NCBI GenBank assembly: GCA_040756875.1
Contig: JBFLYH010000002.1
Location: forward strand, 126,526-190,525
DNA: 64,000 bases
Reading direction: 5' to 3'
From: a candidate division FCPU426 bacterium
GTDB lineage: Bacteria > Oederibacteriota > JAAXVQ01 > JAUVAV01
The position numbers and the translations under genes were made by a program. Positions 1-10,087 of the stretch are shown here, one piece after another. Position 1 is the stretch's first letter. Each line of letters opens with the position of its first letter. The notes beneath the pieces are model-generated. The model saw only the letters and a list, made by a program, of their open reading frames with translations, was not told where the DNA came from and ran no database searches.

Positions 1-107
1 TCGTCAGCCCCTTGCCGGTCTCATTATCTAGTTTGGGACTTCCTCGCTCCGTTCGTCAGCCTCCGACCCATATTGCGCGTTTCTTACTCTACTTTTTTCT
101 TCAGTTC

Positions 108-183
<76 letters not shown>

Positions 184-240
184 ATCGTGTTAAAGATGTT
201 ACTACGCTAGCCCTTGAAGAATTAACAGAGCGAAATTTTC

Positions 241-316
241 TGGTCGGGGTGAGAGGAATTGAACCTCCGACCACTCGCACCCCAAGCGAGTGCGCTAGCC
301 ACTGCGCTACACCCCG
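241..316 (-). tRNA. tRNA-Pro (GGG)
   Basis: Reverse complement CGGGGTGTAGCGCAG...CTCGC-TTGGGGT-GCGAG...GGTTCAATTCC...CCCCGACCA; typical position after ihf-merR. Confidence 0.95.
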
Positions 317-360
317 ATTTATCTGCGCCCGCCCGGCATTTCAACCGCTTTCCGGACGGT

Positions 361-816
361 TTATGCCTCCTGCACGTCTTTTGTCCGGCGCGAAGCTTCG
401 GCGTCGGACCGGCTGAGCGTTTGCATCAATCCTTCCAGCTCTTTTTTGACTTTATGGATTGTATTCAATAACAGATTCTCACGCAACCCTAATCTTAAAT
501 CGAGCTGTAATTTTTCAGGTCTGAGTTCGCCCGCCAGGCGCCGTTTGGCTCCGGCGATGGTGAATTTCTCGTCATACAGGAGCGTTTTGATGCGCTTGAT
601 CAGCCGCAGATCCTTGGCCCGGTACAACCGCTGGCCGGTGCTGCCTTTTTCCGGATGCAATTGCGGAAATTCTTTTTCCCAGTACCGGAGGACGTGGGTC
701 TTGATCCCCGTCAATTCGCTGATTTCCCGGATTTGATAAAAAATCTTTCCGGATTCTTCCTCGGGCGGCTCTGGCATTTTCTCGGACGGCTCGTTTTCCT
801 TGCCCGCCTTACTCAT
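361..816 (-). CDS. MerR-family HTH transcriptional regulator
   Basis: YQIREISELTGIKTHVLRYWEKEFPQLHP...GQRLYRAKD motif; start taken at MSKAGK; classic ihf-merR-tRNA-Pro order. Confidence 0.9.
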   Translation of the reverse strand: MSKAGKENEPSEKMPEPPEEESGKIFYQIREISELTGIKTHVLRYWEKEFPQLHPEKGSTGQRLYRAKDLRLIKRIKTLLYDEKFTIAGAKRRLAGELRPEKLQLDLRLGLRENLLLNTIHKVKKELEGLMQTLSRSDAEASRRTKDVQEA

Positions 817-1138
817 GGCTGTCCCTCTTTCTGGCGGTCCCGCTTTCCCGGACCTGCCGTTTGAGTAAACTGCCCGGACGGAATTGGATGACCTGCTTGG
901 ACGGCACATGCACCGCTTCGCCGGTCCGGGGATTCCGGCCGCGCCGCGCCTGTCGCACCTTGAAATGGAAGGCACCGAATCCGACCAGATGTACGACCTC
1001 GCCCCGCTGCAGGGAGGAAGCCAGCAGGGAGAAAAAATAATCCACGATCTTCCTTGCCAGGCGCCGTGAAAGGCCCAAATGCGAAAGGCGCGCGGCGAGC
1101 TCCGCCTTGGTTACTGTCGCTTCGTTTTCGTCTTTCAC
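809..1138 (-). CDS. Integration host factor/HU-family DNA-binding protein
   Basis: TKAELA...GFGAFHFKVRQARRGRNPRTGE motif. Confidence 0.9.
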   Translation of the reverse strand: MKDENEATVTKAELAARLSHLGLSRRLARKIVDYFFSLLASSLQRGEVVHLVGFGAFHFKVRQARRGRNPRTGEAVHVPSKQVIQFRPGSLLKRQVRESGTARKRDSHE

Positions 1139-2169
1139 GCTGGTTCTCCTCCTCGCGCCGCCGGCATTTCCGGTTTGCGCGGGCGCTGCATCAAACGTTT
1201 GACCGCCTCCGCCGGCGGCAGCCCCGAAAACAGGAGCCGGTACACCTGTTCGGTGATGGGCAAATCCACACCTAAATGCTGGGCAAGCTGGTAGGCCGAC
1301 CGCGCGGTTTCCACGCCTTCAGCGACCATTTCCATGCCGGCCAGGATGTCTGTCAGTTGCCGGCCGCGCCCCAGTTCCTCGCCCACGCGGCGGTTGCGGG
1401 AATGACGGCTGGTGCAGGTGACGACCAGGTCACCCAGGCCGGAAAGCCCGGCGAAAGTCTCAGCGCGCGCGCCCAAGGCGGCTCCCATGCGGCCGATTTC
1501 CGCCAGGCCGCGGGTGATCAAGGCGGCTTTGGCATTGTCGCCCAGCTCCAACCCGTCCACTACGCCCGCTGCCAGCGCGATGATGTTCTTGAGGGCGCCG
1601 CCCAGCTCCACGCCGGCTATATCCTCGCTGGTGTACACCCTGAATGAGTCGTTCATAAACGCTTCCTGGAACACCTCGGCCGTTTGGCCGTCGTCCGCGG
1701 CCGCCACCACCGAGGTCGGCAGGTCCCGCCCCACTTCCTCCGCGTGGCTGGGGCCGGAAAGCGCGCCCGCCATGACACCGGCGGGAAATTCCTTCCGGAT
1801 GATTTCAGTCATCCGTGACAGGCTTCCGTGCTCGATTCCCTTGGAAGCGGAGAGGACCCAGCGCGGTTTGGCGCCGGCTGCGGCGAGCCGACGGGCTACC
1901 GCGCGGAAATGCTGAGCCGGCGGAACCATGACCACCAGTTCGGCGCCGGCCACGGCTTCGGCCGGATCGCTGGTGATTTCAACGGACCGGGGGATGGGAA
2001 CGCCGGGGAGGAACTTCCTGTTCTCCCTGGTGTCGCGGAGTTCCTCCGCATACTCGGGGAAATGCTCCCACAAACGCACCTGGTGGCCTTTGTTCGCCAG
2101 CAACCGCGCGAGCGCGGTTCCCCAGGCGCCCGCTCCGATCACGGCGATCGGATGGTCGGCCTTCAGCAC
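1135..2169 (-). CDS. gpsA: NAD(P)H-dependent glycerol-3-phosphate dehydrogenase
   Basis: GAGAWGTALA, SGPSHAEEV, GGALKN, GLGDLVVTCTSRHSRN motifs. Confidence 0.96.
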   Translation of the reverse strand: MLKADHPIAVIGAGAWGTALARLLANKGHQVRLWEHFPEYAEELRDTRENRKFLPGVPIPRSVEITSDPAEAVAGAELVVMVPPAQHFRAVARRLAAAGAKPRWVLSASKGIEHGSLSRMTEIIRKEFPAGVMAGALSGPSHAEEVGRDLPTSVVAAADDGQTAEVFQEAFMNDSFRVYTSEDIAGVELGGALKNIIALAAGVVDGLELGDNAKAALITRGLAEIGRMGAALGARAETFAGLSGLGDLVVTCTSRHSRNRRVGEELGRGRQLTDILAGMEMVAEGVETARSAYQLAQHLGVDLPITEQVYRLLFSGLPPAEAVKRLMQRPRKPEMPAARGGEPA

Positions 2170-2804
2170 GTCTCCCCCTTGTTGGCGCCTGAAGCTCCCA
2201 AACGGTTCTCAGTCCCTTGGAGCAGGCGCCGTATATTCTGCCGGTGACGGATGACGACCACCAGGGAAACCAGCACTGCCAGCCACAACACGGCGTTTTG
2301 GCCTCCGGTCTCGCCCGTGGCCAGCAGCAGCAGCGGCAGGCCGACGGCAGCTGACAGCGAACCCACGGAAACATAGCGGGTCAGGGCTACGGCCGCGCCG
2401 AAAGGTAGCAAAACCAGGAGGGTGGCTGCCGGCGCCAGGCCCAAAAAAACGCCCAGGGAGGTGGCCACGCCTTTGCCTCCGCGGAAATTCAGGAAGCAGG
2501 TGTAGGTATGCCCCAGGATCGCGGACAGCGCGCACCCCACTTTTGCCCAGTCGGAAGTCGGCCAGGCGGCCAGGCGGCTGATCCAAAAAACCGCGATAAA
2601 ACCCTTGCAGGCGTCCAGCAACAGGATGGCGGCGCCGGCCATTGGCCCGTATATCCGGTGGATGTTCGTGGCGCCGAGGTTTCCCGAGCCCAGCGTGCGG
2701 ATGTCCTGTCCCCGCAGCCGTCCGTACAGGAAACCGGTGGGAACGGACCCCAGCAGGTAACTTGCCGCCATGGCCAGCGCCAAACCCCACCACGATTCAA
2801 TCAT
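2163..2804 (-). CDS. plsY: Glycerol-3-phosphate acyltransferase PlsY
   Basis: GSGNLGATN, FRGGKGVAT, RHRQNIRRLLQGTE motifs. Confidence 0.95.
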   Translation of the reverse strand: MIESWWGLALAMAASYLLGSVPTGFLYGRLRGQDIRTLGSGNLGATNIHRIYGPMAGAAILLLDACKGFIAVFWISRLAAWPTSDWAKVGCALSAILGHTYTCFLNFRGGKGVATSLGVFLGLAPAATLLVLLPFGAAVALTRYVSVGSLSAAVGLPLLLLATGETGGQNAVLWLAVLVSLVVVIRHRQNIRRLLQGTENRLGASGANKGETC

Positions 2805-4128
2805 CGCCCGTCTCTTTCTCTCCGCGCAGCATCACGATCAATGGTGTGCCTTCCAAACCGAACCGGGCCCGCAAACCGTTCTTGATGTGGCGCAAATAGG
2901 CGAAATGCATTCGCCGGGGATCGTTGACAAACAGCGCGAAACTGGGGGGACGCACGCCGGTTTGGGATATGTATTTTATCCGCAGCACGCGTCCGCGCTG
3001 GGTCGGTGCGGGGTGCTGATGGATGATATCTTGAAGCGTTCGATTTAGCAAGCTGGTTTTGATCCTTAGCGCGTGCATGGCGTCTACGGACAGAACCGTG
3101 TCCAACAGGCGTGAAACCCGCTGGCCGGTTTTGGCCGACAAAGTCAGCACCGGCGCGTATTCCATGAACGGCAACCGGCGGCGGAGAATTTTTAAATACT
3201 GGTCCGCAGTGTGGGCGTCTTTCTCTACCAGGTCCCACTTGTTCACGGCGAGGACGCAGGCGCGCCCCGCTTCGTGGATAAAGCCGGCGATGTGCTCGTC
3301 CTGTTCGGTCAGGGGCCGCGAGGCGTCCAGCATCAGCACCGCCACGTGGGTTTCCTCGATGGCGCGCAGCGAGCGCACGACCGCGTAGCGTTCGATTCCC
3401 TCGCCGATTTTCTTGGCGGCCCGCAAACCCGCCGTGTCCAGGATCCGGAAAACCCGGCGCTGGTAGCGGAAATGGCTCGAGACCGCGTCGCGCGTGGTGC
3501 CCGGCTGGTCGTCCACCAGCACCCGGTCCTCGCCGAGGATGCAGTTGACCAGCGAGGATTTGCCGGCATTGGGCCGGCCCACGACCGCCAGCCTGACCTC
3601 GTTGTCCTCCCCGGATGCCTCCGGCGGCTGGGGCGGAAGGTGTTCCCGCAGCGCGTCCAGCAGCTCGTCCACCCGCCGGCCGTGCAAGGCCGAAACCGGA
3701 TAGGGCTGCCCCAGGCCCAGGGACCAGAAATCGTGCGCTTCGTCTTCCAAGCGTTCGTTGTCGAGCTTGTTGACCGTCAGCAACACCGGCTTGTCGCTGC
3801 CCCGCAGGCGCTGGGCCAGTTCCCGGTCCGCGCGGTCCGGCGGCGTACGGCCGTCAACGACCATGATGATGACATCCGCTTCGGCCAGGGCGATTTCCAT
3901 TTGCCGCCGGATTTGGGCGACGATCCGGTCCGAAGTGTCCGGTTCGAATCCGCCGGTATCCACCAGCAGGAACTCCCGGTCCAGCCACCGGGCCAGGTCG
4001 TAATGACGGTCCCGCGTCAGGCCCGCGACCTCATCGACGATGGCGCGCGCTTTGCCGACGATGCGGTTGAACAACGCTGATTTCCCTACATTCGGCCGGC
4101 CGACAATGGCCACCACTTTGCGTCCCAT
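2797..4128 (-). CDS. der: Ribosome biogenesis GTPase Der (EngA)
   Basis: Two tandem GTPase domains (GRPNVGKS, GRPNAGKS) plus KH-like C-terminus. Confidence 0.96.
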   Translation of the reverse strand: MGRKVVAIVGRPNVGKSALFNRIVGKARAIVDEVAGLTRDRHYDLARWLDREFLLVDTGGFEPDTSDRIVAQIRRQMEIALAEADVIIMVVDGRTPPDRADRELAQRLRGSDKPVLLTVNKLDNERLEDEAHDFWSLGLGQPYPVSALHGRRVDELLDALREHLPPQPPEASGEDNEVRLAVVGRPNAGKSSLVNCILGEDRVLVDDQPGTTRDAVSSHFRYQRRVFRILDTAGLRAAKKIGEGIERYAVVRSLRAIEETHVAVLMLDASRPLTEQDEHIAGFIHEAGRACVLAVNKWDLVEKDAHTADQYLKILRRRLPFMEYAPVLTLSAKTGQRVSRLLDTVLSVDAMHALRIKTSLLNRTLQDIIHQHPAPTQRGRVLRIKYISQTGVRPPSFALFVNDPRRMHFAYLRHIKNGLRARFGLEGTPLIVMLRGEKETGDD

Positions 4129-4330
4129 GGACTCTCCCCGCCTTGCTGCCGGCAGCTGCCTATTCGCTTGCCGGCCCGAAGGCTGGAATTATAGCTGTTC
4201 GCAGCGGCCGGGAAAAGGATTTTTTCATCCGGGCTTTGGACTTGCCGGACGGAGTTTGGAATGCGACAATGGTTCCCGCTTGCTACCCCACCGACACCTG
4301 CCCCTGCGCGGGGATGGAAAGGACGAGGTC

Positions 4331-5176
4331 ATGTTCCGACGCATCCTGTTTCTGGCCTTGCTGGCCGCCTGCTTTCCCTTCCAGGCCGAGGCGAAAAATA
4401 TCATCCGCTTCGGAGAACGGGCGGTCGTGTCCGCCGGCCAGGAAGCCCAGGATGTCGTCGTATTCAACGACTCGGCGGACATCGGCGGCAAAGTGCTGGG
4501 CAATGTCGTCGCGATGGGCGGCGGAATCCAGCTGCGGGCCGGCGCCTATGTAGGCGGAGACGTGGTGTGCCTGGGCGGAAAAATCGCGATGGATCCCTCG
4601 GCCGTGGTCGTGGGCACAAAAGTCGAGATCGGCGGCATCATCAACTGGTCCTCCCTGCCGCTTTTCTCCCTGGCCCGGCTGCTGCTGGTGGGGTTCCTCT
4701 ACAAACTGGGCACCACGGTCGTGCTCATGTTCCTGAGTGTTTTCCTGGTGCTGATGTGGCCCAACCAAATCCGGTTCGCGGCCGCCGAGGCTTCGGCGGA
4801 CCTCGTGACGTCCAGCCTGGTCGGTGTGCTGGCCGTGGCACTGCTGATCCCTTTGGGCGTGGGTTTCGCGATCACCATCCTGGGGCTGCCGCTGGCCCTG
4901 GCTCTCCTGGCTTTTCTGCTGGTCGCCAGCTGGTTCGGCGTGGCCTGCATGGCCTATCTGGTGGGGACCCGGCTCTCCGCGCGCTTTTCGCCGCTGGTGG
5001 CCGTCATCACCGGCCTGATCGTGCTCAAGTTCGTGCACTTCGTGCCTTTTATCGGCGGCATCCTCTATTTCATCGCCATCTTGCCGGGGTTGGGAGCCAT
5101 TCTCCTGACCCGGTTCGGCACCAACCAGCCCTGGCTGGGCTCTGGCCGCGGCAAGCCGGCCAAAAACCGGAGTTGA
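4331..5176 (+). CDS. Membrane protein with N-terminal beta-helix (polymer-forming-like) repeats and multiple TM helices
   Basis: Signal peptide MFRRILFLALLAAC, GxVxGxVV repeats, hydrophobic C-terminal half. Confidence 0.7.
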   Translation: MFRRILFLALLAACFPFQAEAKNIIRFGERAVVSAGQEAQDVVVFNDSADIGGKVLGNVVAMGGGIQLRAGAYVGGDVVCLGGKIAMDPSAVVVGTKVEIGGIINWSSLPLFSLARLLLVGFLYKLGTTVVLMFLSVFLVLMWPNQIRFAAAEASADLVTSSLVGVLAVALLIPLGVGFAITILGLPLALALLAFLLVASWFGVACMAYLVGTRLSARFSPLVAVITGLIVLKFVHFVPFIGGILYFIAILPGLGAILLTRFGTNQPWLGSGRGKPAKNRS

Positions 5177-5204
5177 CCCCCCCTGCACGCGTCGGGGGCT
5201 TTGC

Positions 5205-6701
5205 TCATCCCGCCGGCGCCAGCCGGGAAAGCCATTCCCATACCCCCCACATGGCGGCCAAGTCTTCCTTATTATAAAGCATGATCTCTTCGAGGCGCGC
5301 CTGCCTGTCGGCTTCATCCTCGGTTTCGACCGCTTCAATGTATTTGGCCATGGCCCAGTCCCCGCCGTATTCCTCCAGCGTGCGTTCAAAACCGATGTAT
5401 TTTTCCACAACCTTCAGGCTGTAGCTGGACAGAGGCAGAATCACCGCCCGCCTGGTTAAGGGCAGCAGATCGACGCAATGATCCAGGATGCGGCCGGCGA
5501 TGCCCTCCGGATCCCCATAGCGTTCACGGTACAGGCGGACATTGGTGGTTTCATAATGGTGCCAGTGAATGAAGGGGATGTCTGCATGCTCGCGGAAAAT
5601 CTCCTTGGCCCGGCCGAGAAATTCCCGCCAGCCTTGGGCGTCACCCTCGGCGCCGAACCCGGCCAGCGCGGGCTGATAGACGCCCGGCCGCCGGCCATAG
5701 ACTTGCAACCCCCACAAATAAATCTTTTGCAGCTCGTCCAGCTGGGGCGGCAGCCCCTCGAGATCGAACATGACGAAGTTCTCCCCGGCCGGAAGCGCGG
5801 GCTTCGCGAGGACGATCTCGGCCTGGCGCTCGAAAGCCCGGGCGTGCAGCAGGATGTCCCCGGCCGGCTTGCCGACCTGTTTGGTCTGGCCGGTTCCCCA
5901 GGGCCGGCGCAGGGCGGCCAACGCAGGTTCGTCCATGCCCCGGAGAAGCGCCGGATAACTTGCCAGGCCGCGTTCGTGCAGGGCCAGAGCCAGGCCCTGG
6001 TCCACGCCCGGCAGCAGTGCCACATCCCGGTTTTTTACGGCATGCGGCCAGCAGTGCGCGAAAAAACCGCAGCCGCCGCATTTGGTCCAGCCTACCGGAC
6101 TGTACGGCGCCGCGGACGCGCCGCGGATTTCCACGATCCGCCGCAGCAGATCCAGCGCCGCCGCGCCGCCGTCAAAAGGCAGGGATTCCACCGTGCCGGC
6201 GCCGGTAAACACCTCCAGCCGCGCGGGCGGCTTCCCGAACGTTTGCTCGAACTGCCAGCCGTACAATTCCAACTGACGGTGGATTTCCGGATGTTCCCGT
6301 TCGCCCAGGCGGCGGGACAATTTGACGTCCCTGATGGCATAGCCTTCGGGAGCCCGGACCAGCAGGTCCGGTTCTCCGCCCACCTCCCATTCCCGGCCGG
6401 CCAGAACCACCCGGTTGCGGAAGCGGGGATGGTAAATCGCCGCCGCGTGACCGGCCACGGCGCGTTCGGTTTCCGCGACCCGCCGGTCAGGCGCCACGGC
6501 TTCCAGGTTGACCACCTCGGGAAAGGACTCCAAATGGCGGGCTTCATGACGTTCGCCCAGGCGGCGCAGGATCTCGGCATAGGGGCCGGCAGGTGCTTCC
6601 GTCTCTCCGCGAGCCCGCAGATAGATGCGCAACTCGCAGCGCGAGGGCTGGAAGTATCCGTACACTTCGGAGGAAGTCAGGCGCGGCACGTCACGTGACA
6701 T
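5205..6701 (-). CDS. TM0106-family RecB-like nuclease with C-terminal RNase H-like domain
   Basis: PDLL...DVK...QLELY nuclease-like motif; FDLE, YSLKVVE, YNKEDL C-terminal motifs. Confidence 0.8.
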   Translation of the reverse strand: MSRDVPRLTSSEVYGYFQPSRCELRIYLRARGETEAPAGPYAEILRRLGERHEARHLESFPEVVNLEAVAPDRRVAETERAVAGHAAAIYHPRFRNRVVLAGREWEVGGEPDLLVRAPEGYAIRDVKLSRRLGEREHPEIHRQLELYGWQFEQTFGKPPARLEVFTGAGTVESLPFDGGAAALDLLRRIVEIRGASAAPYSPVGWTKCGGCGFFAHCWPHAVKNRDVALLPGVDQGLALALHERGLASYPALLRGMDEPALAALRRPWGTGQTKQVGKPAGDILLHARAFERQAEIVLAKPALPAGENFVMFDLEGLPPQLDELQKIYLWGLQVYGRRPGVYQPALAGFGAEGDAQGWREFLGRAKEIFREHADIPFIHWHHYETTNVRLYRERYGDPEGIAGRILDHCVDLLPLTRRAVILPLSSYSLKVVEKYIGFERTLEEYGGDWAMAKYIEAVETEDEADRQARLEEIMLYNKEDLAAMWGVWEWLSRLAPAG

Positions 6702-6712
6702 GACCGGATGGG

Positions 6713-7576
6713 TCAGGGCTCGGTGGAATGGGGAGAAAAATCGAGCGTCAAACCGTAGTCGGCGAATTTCGCCTGCAATTTTCTGGCTGCCGCCCAGGAA
6801 ACGCCCGCGCAGACCGGCGTCCGAAGATCCTTCAGGCGGTCCCGCGTTTCCTCCAGCGGCCAGTGGTTCAGGTCCGCCGCCAGCGCAACGGCGGTTCGCT
6901 CCTGGCCGTAGGTCAAGGCGCGCAGGCGGCAGTCATAGGTTTGCGGAGGATTGGGGCCCGGAGCCGGCGGTCCGGAAGCAAGCAATGCCGGCGGCAGAGG
7001 ACAATCCACGCCCGGCTCCTTGAGAAAAGACAAAAGCACCGCGCGGTAAACGAGCCAGGCGCCCTCCAACCGCATCAGGTGCAAGCGGATCTTGAGCCGC
7101 TCTTCCTGCCCTTCCAGGCGCACGCCCACCTGGAACCGCTCCCGGCCCAGACGCCGGACTTCATAGACGCGCTTTTTTGGATTGGCGCCCAACACTTTTT
7201 GGAAATCCGGCTGGTCCTGCAGCTGGCGGACCGCGTCCGCCACGGCGGCCGAGCGTTCCCACATCCGGTCCACGGTGAAATTACGCACCGGTATAAAAAG
7301 GCTTACGGCGATAAAAAAAACGGCCGCCCATCCCCACAACGCCCAGTCACGCTGGACTTTTTCGAATTCCTCCACGCTGGCCCAAACCCGGTTGCGCCAG
7401 GCCCAACGGCCGCCCCGGGCCCCCAGGATGATCGGCACGATCAATCCCAACCCCGGGATCAGAGTCAGGAGGGCAAAGTCCGTGTTGTGTTTAAGCCCCC
7501 AAAAAACGTTGAGCCACATGGCTCCCCAGTTCCATTTTTTGGCGGCCAAAGGCAGGGCGTCGTTGGAATCCGGCAT
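6713..7576 (-). CDS. Membrane protein (WNWGA-type N-terminus, C-terminal L7/L12-CTD-like segment)
   Basis: KKWNWGAMWLNVFWGL, TM helices; start taken at MPDSND after GGAGGG. Confidence 0.6.
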   Translation of the reverse strand: MPDSNDALPLAAKKWNWGAMWLNVFWGLKHNTDFALLTLIPGLGLIVPIILGARGGRWAWRNRVWASVEEFEKVQRDWALWGWAAVFFIAVSLFIPVRNFTVDRMWERSAAVADAVRQLQDQPDFQKVLGANPKKRVYEVRRLGRERFQVGVRLEGQEERLKIRLHLMRLEGAWLVYRAVLLSFLKEPGVDCPLPPALLASGPPAPGPNPPQTYDCRLRALTYGQERTAVALAADLNHWPLEETRDRLKDLRTPVCAGVSWAAARKLQAKFADYGLTLDFSPHSTEP

Positions 7577-7738
7577 TTCCCCTCCGGGTGCGCGCAGGCA
7601 CCTTCGGGATATTTTAACCGTTCGCCCCGGCAATTGGTACGGATTTTTCAAACGGATTTTCAGGTTGTAAAAATACCGATCGGGAAATAAAATGGGGCTG
7701 CCTGGAATGGCCATCTCGGGCTAGAGGAGCGCTACGTC

Positions 7739-8059
7739 ATGCCGCCGATCGAGAACCGCCGCAACTTCCGCCGCTTCGTCGGTCAGTTCGTCGTCACTTA
7801 CAGCGTGCCCGGCCGGGAATCCCGGTCGGCCAAATGCCGGGATCTTTCCGCCGGCGGGATCAAACTGGAAGTCCCCGAGGAAATCGTGGTCGGCACGGAG
7901 ATGAACATCGAATTGTCCGTGGCCAATCCCCTCAGCGGCAAGCTTTACCGCTGTCCGGGCAAAGTGGTGTGGAGCCAAACCGAAAAGATGCCGCGCATGG
8001 TGTTCGTGGCCGGCGTCGCCTTTCACGAGTTGTTTCTGGATATCTCCCAATTGATGTAA
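7739..8059 (+). CDS. PilZ domain protein
   Basis: RRNFRR (RxxxR) and DLSAGG (DxSxxG); AGGAG RBS. Confidence 0.85.
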   Translation: MPPIENRRNFRRFVGQFVVTYSVPGRESRSAKCRDLSAGGIKLEVPEEIVVGTEMNIELSVANPLSGKLYRCPGKVVWSQTEKMPRMVFVAGVAFHELFLDISQLM

Positions 8060-8112
8060 CAGGACCTGCGGGTGTTTTGTAGGGGCGTTCAAACGAACGC
8101 TCCTACGTTTTT

Positions 8113-10083
8113 TCAGACCGGGCGGGTTTCGAGGTGCAGACGGATGATCTCAGCCACGTTGCAGGCCCGGGCGATGCACCCCCGGGCCGAATGGGGCGGA
8201 GCGCCGTCGAACATTTCGGATATGGTCCCCAGCCCGGCTTCCAACAGGTGGGCATGGAAAGGCTTGAGCAGCCGCCGGATTTTTTCCATCGTCTCCGGTG
8301 TCGTGCCGTAGACGCGCCTCAGCGCGTCGGCATAGGACCCCAGCAACCAGGGCCAGGCCGAACCCTGAAACGCGGCGCCCTCGCGCTGCATCAGGTCTCC
8401 TTCGTAAACTCCCTTGTATTCCGGATGGCCGGGATTAAGCGTGCGGAATCCAAAGGAAGTCCCCAACTCTTGTTCGACTGTTTTGAGAATTGCACGGGCC
8501 TTCTCTCCATCCCACAAGGGATACGGCAAAGACAAGGCGAGCAGCTGGTTGGGGCGCAGCGTGGGATCCTGATGGTGTTCTTCCACGCGGTCGTAAATGT
8601 ATCCCCCGGCTTCGTTCCAAAACCACTTCCGATAGCTTTCCCGGCAGCGCTCCGCCCATTCGGTATTTTCGCGGTGCGCGGCCTGGTCGCCGAAGGTTTC
8701 GGCCAAATCGCGCACGATGCACAGCGTGTTGTACCACAGCGCGTTGATTTCCGCCGGCTTGCCCGCCCGGGGCGTAACCACCCAGTCCCCGACCTTGGCG
8801 TCCATCCAGGTCAGGTGCGCCCCCTCCTCCGGAATTTCGATCAAACCGTCCGCGTCCATATGAATGCCGTACCGGGTTCCCTGCCGGTAATGGGACACGA
8901 TTTCGATCAGAATCGGCCAAAGTTCCCGCTGGACGAACGCCTTGTCGCCGGTCGCTTGCAGGTAATGATGGACCGCCAGACAGAACCACAGCGCCGCGTC
9001 GGCGGTGTTGTAATACGGGTTGGAATCGGATTCGGTGAAGTAGCTGGGCAGCATGCCTTCGCTGCAGTAATCGCGGAAGGTGCGCAGCAGGGTCTTGGCT
9101 TCGCCGAAACGCTTCATGCTCAGGGTCAGGCCGGGCAGCGCCATCATGGCCTCGCGTCCGCTATCCGGCAGCCAGTGGTATCCCGCCACCACGCTCAGGC
9201 CGTCGCCGCGGCGCACGAGAAACTGGTCCGCGGCCAGGGCTAAAGAGCGCCCGAACTCATCCGCCGGCGGAAGGGTTTCGATGATTTCCCTCCGGCGCAG
9301 CCGTTCGGCGTGGGCCGCGGTTTCGGGGTTGGGATTCTCCAAAGCCACCGCGCTGGCCGCGAGGAACGAGGCTTCGCCGGAACCGTCCAGCCGGAAATTG
9401 AGGATCCCCGGAGAAAACAGGTCCTCCAGGCACTCCAGCCGGCGCTGCGCCTCCTCACGGTAAAACAGATTGTGATACCACAAGGCGGAATGTTCGAAAC
9501 CCTGGGCGTTATGGCAGATGTTCAGAGGCGGCAGGTTGCGGTCCGGCAAAAGGCGCACTATTTTCTTTTCCAGGTCGTGATGGGTGCTGAAAAAGCGGTG
9601 TTCCTTTCCGCGCAAGTGGTGGTCGCGGAAATTGACCAGCGGCCGGATGGCAAGGTGCACTTCCGCCTTCTCCGGCGGCTGGGTCAGCAAACGGTAGGTG
9701 ATCCAGGTCAGGGGAACGCCGTATGACATGAACAGCTGCTTTTCCAGCAGCAGGTCGGCCAGCCGGAAAGTGAAAGTTGGAAAAGGATCAAGGCGGAATT
9801 CTTCCAAATAACGATAGCCTTGCGGGTTGAGCGCGTCCTGGTACTGGTTGGTGGACAGGGAAAACTTCTGGCCGCCGTAGGTCACCGACTCCTCCAGCTG
9901 GGAGAGCATGACCACCCGGCGCAGCGGCTGCTCGAGGGCAACGGTCAACAGGGAGTGATAGCCGCGGGTATGCATGCCGGCCACCGTACTGGAGGCATAC
10001 CCGCCCAGGCCGTTGGTTTCCAGCCATTCCTTGCGGCTGGAAACTTCCAAATTCCCGCAGATGTCCCTGCCCAGAAGGATCAT
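8113..10083 (-). CDS. Amylo-alpha-1,6-glucosidase (glycogen debranching enzyme family)
   Basis: EWLETNGLGGYAS N-terminus, TWMDAK, EINALWYN, RPNQ, ISEMFD motifs. Confidence 0.88.
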   Translation of the reverse strand: MILLGRDICGNLEVSSRKEWLETNGLGGYASSTVAGMHTRGYHSLLTVALEQPLRRVVMLSQLEESVTYGGQKFSLSTNQYQDALNPQGYRYLEEFRLDPFPTFTFRLADLLLEKQLFMSYGVPLTWITYRLLTQPPEKAEVHLAIRPLVNFRDHHLRGKEHRFFSTHHDLEKKIVRLLPDRNLPPLNICHNAQGFEHSALWYHNLFYREEAQRRLECLEDLFSPGILNFRLDGSGEASFLAASAVALENPNPETAAHAERLRRREIIETLPPADEFGRSLALAADQFLVRRGDGLSVVAGYHWLPDSGREAMMALPGLTLSMKRFGEAKTLLRTFRDYCSEGMLPSYFTESDSNPYYNTADAALWFCLAVHHYLQATGDKAFVQRELWPILIEIVSHYRQGTRYGIHMDADGLIEIPEEGAHLTWMDAKVGDWVVTPRAGKPAEINALWYNTLCIVRDLAETFGDQAAHRENTEWAERCRESYRKWFWNEAGGYIYDRVEEHHQDPTLRPNQLLALSLPYPLWDGEKARAILKTVEQELGTSFGFRTLNPGHPEYKGVYEGDLMQREGAAFQGSAWPWLLGSYADALRRVYGTTPETMEKIRRLLKPFHAHLLEAGLGTISEMFDGAPPHSARGCIARACNVAEIIRLHLETRPV

Positions 10084-10087
10084 GGGG

